Positions 61,201 through 64,000 of a DNA stretch of 64,000 bases are shown piece by piece; the first letter of the stretch is position 1, and every line of letters begins with the position of its first letter. Both the position numbers and the translations under genes were made by a program. The notes under the pieces were generated by a model. The model was not told the DNA's origin. It searched no databases and saw nothing but the letters and a program-made list of their open reading frames with translations. The DNA lies in assembly GCA_034530875.2 (NCBI GenBank), contig JAVRCJ020000007.1, positions 192,001 to 256,000 on the forward strand, read 5' to 3'. The stretch comes from Nostoc sp. DedSLP01 (GTDB taxonomy: Bacteria; Cyanobacteriota; Cyanobacteriia; Cyanobacteriales; Nostocaceae).

Positions 61201-64000
61201 ATGGCAGCCGAATGCTTGATTTGTTTGACTGCTTGAGCGTAATTAATTAAATGTAGTTGGAGTTCAGTCAGAGGTTGACCGCTGGCCAATGAATAAGCAC
61301 AAAAATACATAGCTGCATAGCCAGCAAACTCTAAATCCCCTTGTTCTAAACCAATTTGATAGCAGTTCTGGAGTGGCTTGAGGCTTTCTTTGAGGTATGT
61401 ATTCCAAACGTTAATCTGGTTGCTAACCGCAAATAAGGTTCTAGCTTGGATGGGTTTGGCATCTGGGCGATCGAGCAGAATTAAAGCCAGTTGACCAAAT
61501 TGATACCCGGCTTCAATGTCAAAAACAACTCCACAGAGAATAATTCCATAGGCGGCATAAGCAAAGGGAGCCAACGTCATGTTTCCGTACTCAACGAGCA
61601 AATCCACCATCTTGAGTACAATTAGCAAAAATAAAGAAGGTACTGCTAAATAAGCCGAGGCACACATTCTTGCTAAAACCTGCATTGCCGCCAGGATCTC
61701 TGGCTGGGACATCATTGGCAAATTAACCAAATCTTCAATACGTCTGTTTGCCAGTTTGCAGGCAGTTTGTGCAAGTGCTTCTCGAACATCTTCACTGCTT
61801 GGCTCAATGGGGAGGTGAATTCCTAATTCTTCAAGCAACTCTAAAGCAATTTGAATCGCCTCTAGTAATTTATTTTCAGCCACATAAGTCTGAATTTTGA
61901 CATCGTAGACTTTTAAGCTAGCTAGTAGGGTTGTGGCGCGATCGAGTACCTCTTGGAATAGTGGCTCTACTTGCTCGAAATTACCGCTGAGATAGGCTGC
62001 TTCTGTTGCTGCATTATACAAATCCAAAGTGAAATCGTAATTCGTTTGCCAGCTATTAGTTGCTAGGAGATCCAAACCAATTTGTAAATATCGCCAAGCA
62101 GCGTCATAGGCGGCTGATGCCTTGGCTTTTTCTCCTGCCATCAGGTTTAACCGAGACAAACGATCGCGATCTAACTGAGTTGTGGCGGCTTTGATGCCGA
62201 GGTTTAGCTGGTTGGTGATATCAAAAATTTTCGATTCTAACTGTTGTGCGGGAGTTATTTGCAACAAGCACTGTCCCAGTCGCCAATGGATGTCGCTTTG
62301 TTGGCTTGGGGGAATTAGGGAATAGGCAGCTTGCTGGATGCGATCGTGGGCAAATTTGTATTCTATTGGCGGCAAATCAGCTGTGAGTGGCACGTCCAAG
62401 ACTAGGGATTTGTGGGCGTTACTCGTGGGTATAATCAACCCTTGGGCGATCGCAACTCCTAAAGCTCGGGCCGCTTCTTGCTGTTCGATTTGGGCGGTAC
62501 ATGCTAGCGTTTGGAGATCGAAACAGTTGCCAATGCAGGCAGCTAGCTGTAAAACTTGCTGTGTCTGTTTGTTAAGCTTTTGAATTTTTACAGCCATCAA
62601 ATGTACGACATTATCTGTAATTTGCCGCTGCTGAATTTGCTCTATCGACCATTGCCATTTGTTAGTTTGGCGATCGAATTCTAATAAACCTTCACTAGAC
62701 AAAGATTTTAAAAATTCATTCATGAAAAACGGATTGCCGCCAGTTTTGAGCTTTACTAGTTCTGCTAATGACAGAGAATCTGACAGGTGGCAGTGCAATG
62801 TATCGGCGATTAACTGATTGATGTCAGGTAAGCTTAAGGGAGAGAGAAAAAGTTGATTTATCGCTCCTCCACTCTCGCGGATTTCCTTTACCATCTGCAT
62901 CAAGGGATGCGTTGGATTTACCTCATTATCTCGATATGCCCCGATTAACAACAAAGACTCCACTGTGGTGGCGGTAGCTAGCAATTGAATCAGCTTTAAG
63001 GAGGCATTATCTACCCACTGAAGATCGTCCAAAAAAACTACCAGGGGGTGTTCTGGCTGAGTAAAGACGCCAATGAAATTTTGGAAAACTTGGTGAAACC
63101 GATTTTGGGCTTCTGTTGGCGGTAGAATAGGTACATCTGGTTGGTTGCCGACAATCAACTCCAATGCCGGAATTACCTGAGTAATGACTTTACCGTTTCC
63201 ACCAAGGGCAGCCAAAAGATGCTTGCGCCACACAGATAATTGCACTTCGTCTTCAGTCAGCAATTGTTCGATCAGCGAGTCAAAAGCTTGGGCGATCGCA
63301 AAATAAGGGATATTGCGCTGATACTGGTCAAATTTACCCGCAATAAAATAGCCTCGTTGTTGCGTAATCGGTCGATAAATTTCCTGCACCAAAACTGATT
63401 TTCCAATACCGGAATACCCTGCAATCAGCATCAGTTCAGCTTGGCGGGAAGACGCGTCTTTATTTCCTTTACCTGCTACTCTTTGAAATCCTGCTAATAA
63501 TGTCTTTACCTCCCTTTCTCTGCCATAGAGTTTTTCCGAGATTTGAAATTTATCAGAAATATCCTGTTGTCCTAGTAAAAAAGTCTCAATTTTTCCTGTG
63601 CTTTCTAGCTGGTTGAGGCACTTTTCTAGATCGGTTTTAATTCCCCAAGCACTTTGATATCGTTCCTCTGCGGTTTTAGCTAACAGTTTCATAACAATTT
63701 CTGAAACCATTACAGGAACTCGCAGATCGATTAAATGAGGTGCAACAGGTTCTAAAGCCAGGTGATAATGAATTAACTCCAGGGCATCGTTGGATTCAAA
63801 GGGCAATCGATTCGTCAACAGTTGATAGAAGGTAGCACCTAGACAATAAAAATCAGTGCGATAGTCCAGAGAACGATTCATTCTACCTGTTTGCTCTGGA
63901 GATATGTAAGCTAGCGTTCCCTCTAATACTTTCGGACTTTTAATAGTTAACGTCTCGCGGGATAAGTCGGTTGAAATTCCAAAGTCAATAATTTTGAGTT
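58281..64000 (-). CDS. HstK-type Ser/Thr kinase - AAA ATPase - GAF - PAS - GAF - histidine kinase; 5' end outside the window
   Basis: The frame stays open past the ORF-track start (LKIIDFGIST...EGTLAYISPEQTGRMNR). Further motifs: GYSGIGKS, FLDDLQW, GAF (LLCTPLL...LENN), H-box FSYSVSHDLRAPLR, DNGAGF, GTGIGL. Confidence 0.95.
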   Translation of the reverse strand, partial: LKIIDFGISTDLSRETLTIKSPKVLEGTLAYISPEQTGRMNRSLDYRTDFYCLGATFYQLLTNRLPFESNDALELIHYHLALEPVAPHLIDLRVPVMVSEIVMKLLAKTAEERYQSAWGIKTDLEKCLNQLESTGKIETFLLGQQDISDKFQISEKLYGREREVKTLLAGFQRVAGKGNKDASSRQAELMLIAGYSGIGKSVLVQEIYRPITQQRGYFIAGKFDQYQRNIPYFAIAQAFDSLIEQLLTEDEVQLSVWRKHLLAALGGNGKVITQVIPALELIVGNQPDVPILPPTEAQNRFHQVFQNFIGVFTQPEHPLVVFLDDLQWVDNASLKLIQLLATATTVESLLLIGAYRDNEVNPTHPLMQMVKEIRESGGAINQLFLSPLSLPDINQLIADTLHCHLSDSLSLAELVKLKTGGNPFFMNEFLKSLSSEGLLEFDRQTNKWQWSIEQIQQRQITDNVVHLMAVKIQKLNKQTQQVLQLAACIGNCFDLQTLACTAQIEQQEAARALGVAIAQGLIIPTSNAHKSLVLDVPLTADLPPIEYKFAHDRIQQAAYSLIPPSQQSDIHWRLGQCLLQITPAQQLESKIFDITNQLNLGIKAATTQLDRDRLSRLNLMAGEKAKASAAYDAAWRYLQIGLDLLATNSWQTNYDFTLDLYNAATEAAYLSGNFEQVEPLFQEVLDRATTLLASLKVYDVKIQTYVAENKLLEAIQIALELLEELGIHLPIEPSSEDVREALAQTACKLANRRIEDLVNLPMMSQPEILAAMQVLARMCASAYLAVPSLFLLIVLKMVDLLVEYGNMTLAPFAYAAYGIILCGVVFDIEAGYQFGQLALILLDRPDAKPIQARTLFAVSNQINVWNTYLKESLKPLQNCYQIGLEQGDLEFAGYAAMYFCAYSLASGQPLTELQLHLINYAQAVKQIKHSAAIDFIDISWQTVLNLVEEVADPGMLSGKAYDEANQLSQMQQTNFHAGLFYFYLNKLFLCYLFGDADRAIANALLAQEYLPAMTGAAFVAIFNFYDSLCRLAIYSDTEVSKQSQLLEKVAENQAKMQLWAHHAPMNYLHKWYLVEAERYRVLGEVVAAMDAYDRAIALARENRYLQEEALANELAAKFHLANNRITIAKAYFQEARYGYLRWGATAKVQNLEKHYPQLLEVPSLKTEIPQLDTIQLASRKLETLDLETVLKASQAMASEIVLDKLLAKLMNILIENAGAQTGYLILPTQDQWRIEAMKSIDNRQAILESVPQESILKDSNCDLPNALINYVVRTQESVVLDNAAAEGNFQSEPWIVRRQSKSLLCTPLLNQGKLTAIVLLENNLSTKAFTPERIEILCLLSTQAAISIDNARLLKQQTQLNESLRAEIAERQQAQKDRDRLIAMLQATTDYVGMADSQGNILWNNAQCRKLLGLSLDADLSTLRIANYHPQWALDIVQNQGIPTAIRDGIWVGENALLSSDGREIPVSQLIVAHKAPDGNVEYFSTILRDITEAKHREAELKTAETTLQNLVMGTAAVTGQDFFPALVHHIAEALHVPYALVTELVEGKLKALAFWAHGALQPQIFYFPARTPCEFALREGLFYCESNVQQTFPEDLDLVAMQAESYLGISLKNASGDPIGNLCILDTRPLSDRRRTEIILDVFAARAAAELERKRAIEALHQLNQSLEIRVKQRTAELETANKALESFSYSVSHDLRAPLRAIDGFSRIMQEDYGHLLDTEANRYLKVIRDNAKRMGELIDDLLTLSRLDRKEMSRQTVFPNEIVKMALNDLAPDRSGREIEFAIANLPVCQADPSLLKQVWINLLSNAIKYTRYKPHARIEVGYQAINSEGAYFIRDNGAGFDMRYADNLFGVFQRLHREDEFEGTGIGLAIVQRIIQRHGGRIWAEAASDRGATFYFTIPNN

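Overview
Chromosomal window from a filamentous, Nostoc-like cyanobacterium. The assignment rests on frequent HIP1 octamers (GCGATCGC), heptameric STRR repeats, chlM/chlH, XisH/XisI, several Uma2 genes and an HstK-type kinase. Core genes (antiporter, chlM, chlH, pentapeptide Ser/Thr kinase, recA, xseA/xseB, ruvA, bioF) are interleaved with accessory blocks. (1) 3.4-5.8 kb: UDG-fold gene, a ParE/Phd TA pair and an HExxH protein. (2) 6-14.7 kb: atypical transketolase, divergent DeoR regulator with phased operator-like repeats, and an aldehyde/stress cluster with a duplicated SRPBCC + Zn-dehydrogenase pair. (3) 15.4-16.2 kb: a 12 x 21-bp two-unit array directly upstream of a 120-aa unknown gene. 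(4) 27.6-33.4 kb: a TA/Uma2/XisHI island downstream of chlH, containing an unannotated coupled pair (His-motif protein + predicted 7-blade beta-propeller) next to a truncated higA. (5) 44.2-45.7 kb: coiled-coil/unknown/HNH three-gene unit. (6) 47-52.7 kb: a block separating xseA from xseB, with VapBC, a Uma2 gene, a 20/21-bp array and an LRR-Roc-COR-TIR gene. That gene has 14 near-identical 69-bp LRR units whose most variable residues are three predicted ligand-facing codons. A decayed sucrose-phosphatase remnant is still fused to ruvA, with an intact divergent copy upstream. No rRNA, tRNA, CRISPR array, transposase or reverse transcriptase was recognised. All calls come from reading motifs by eye; no database searches were run.
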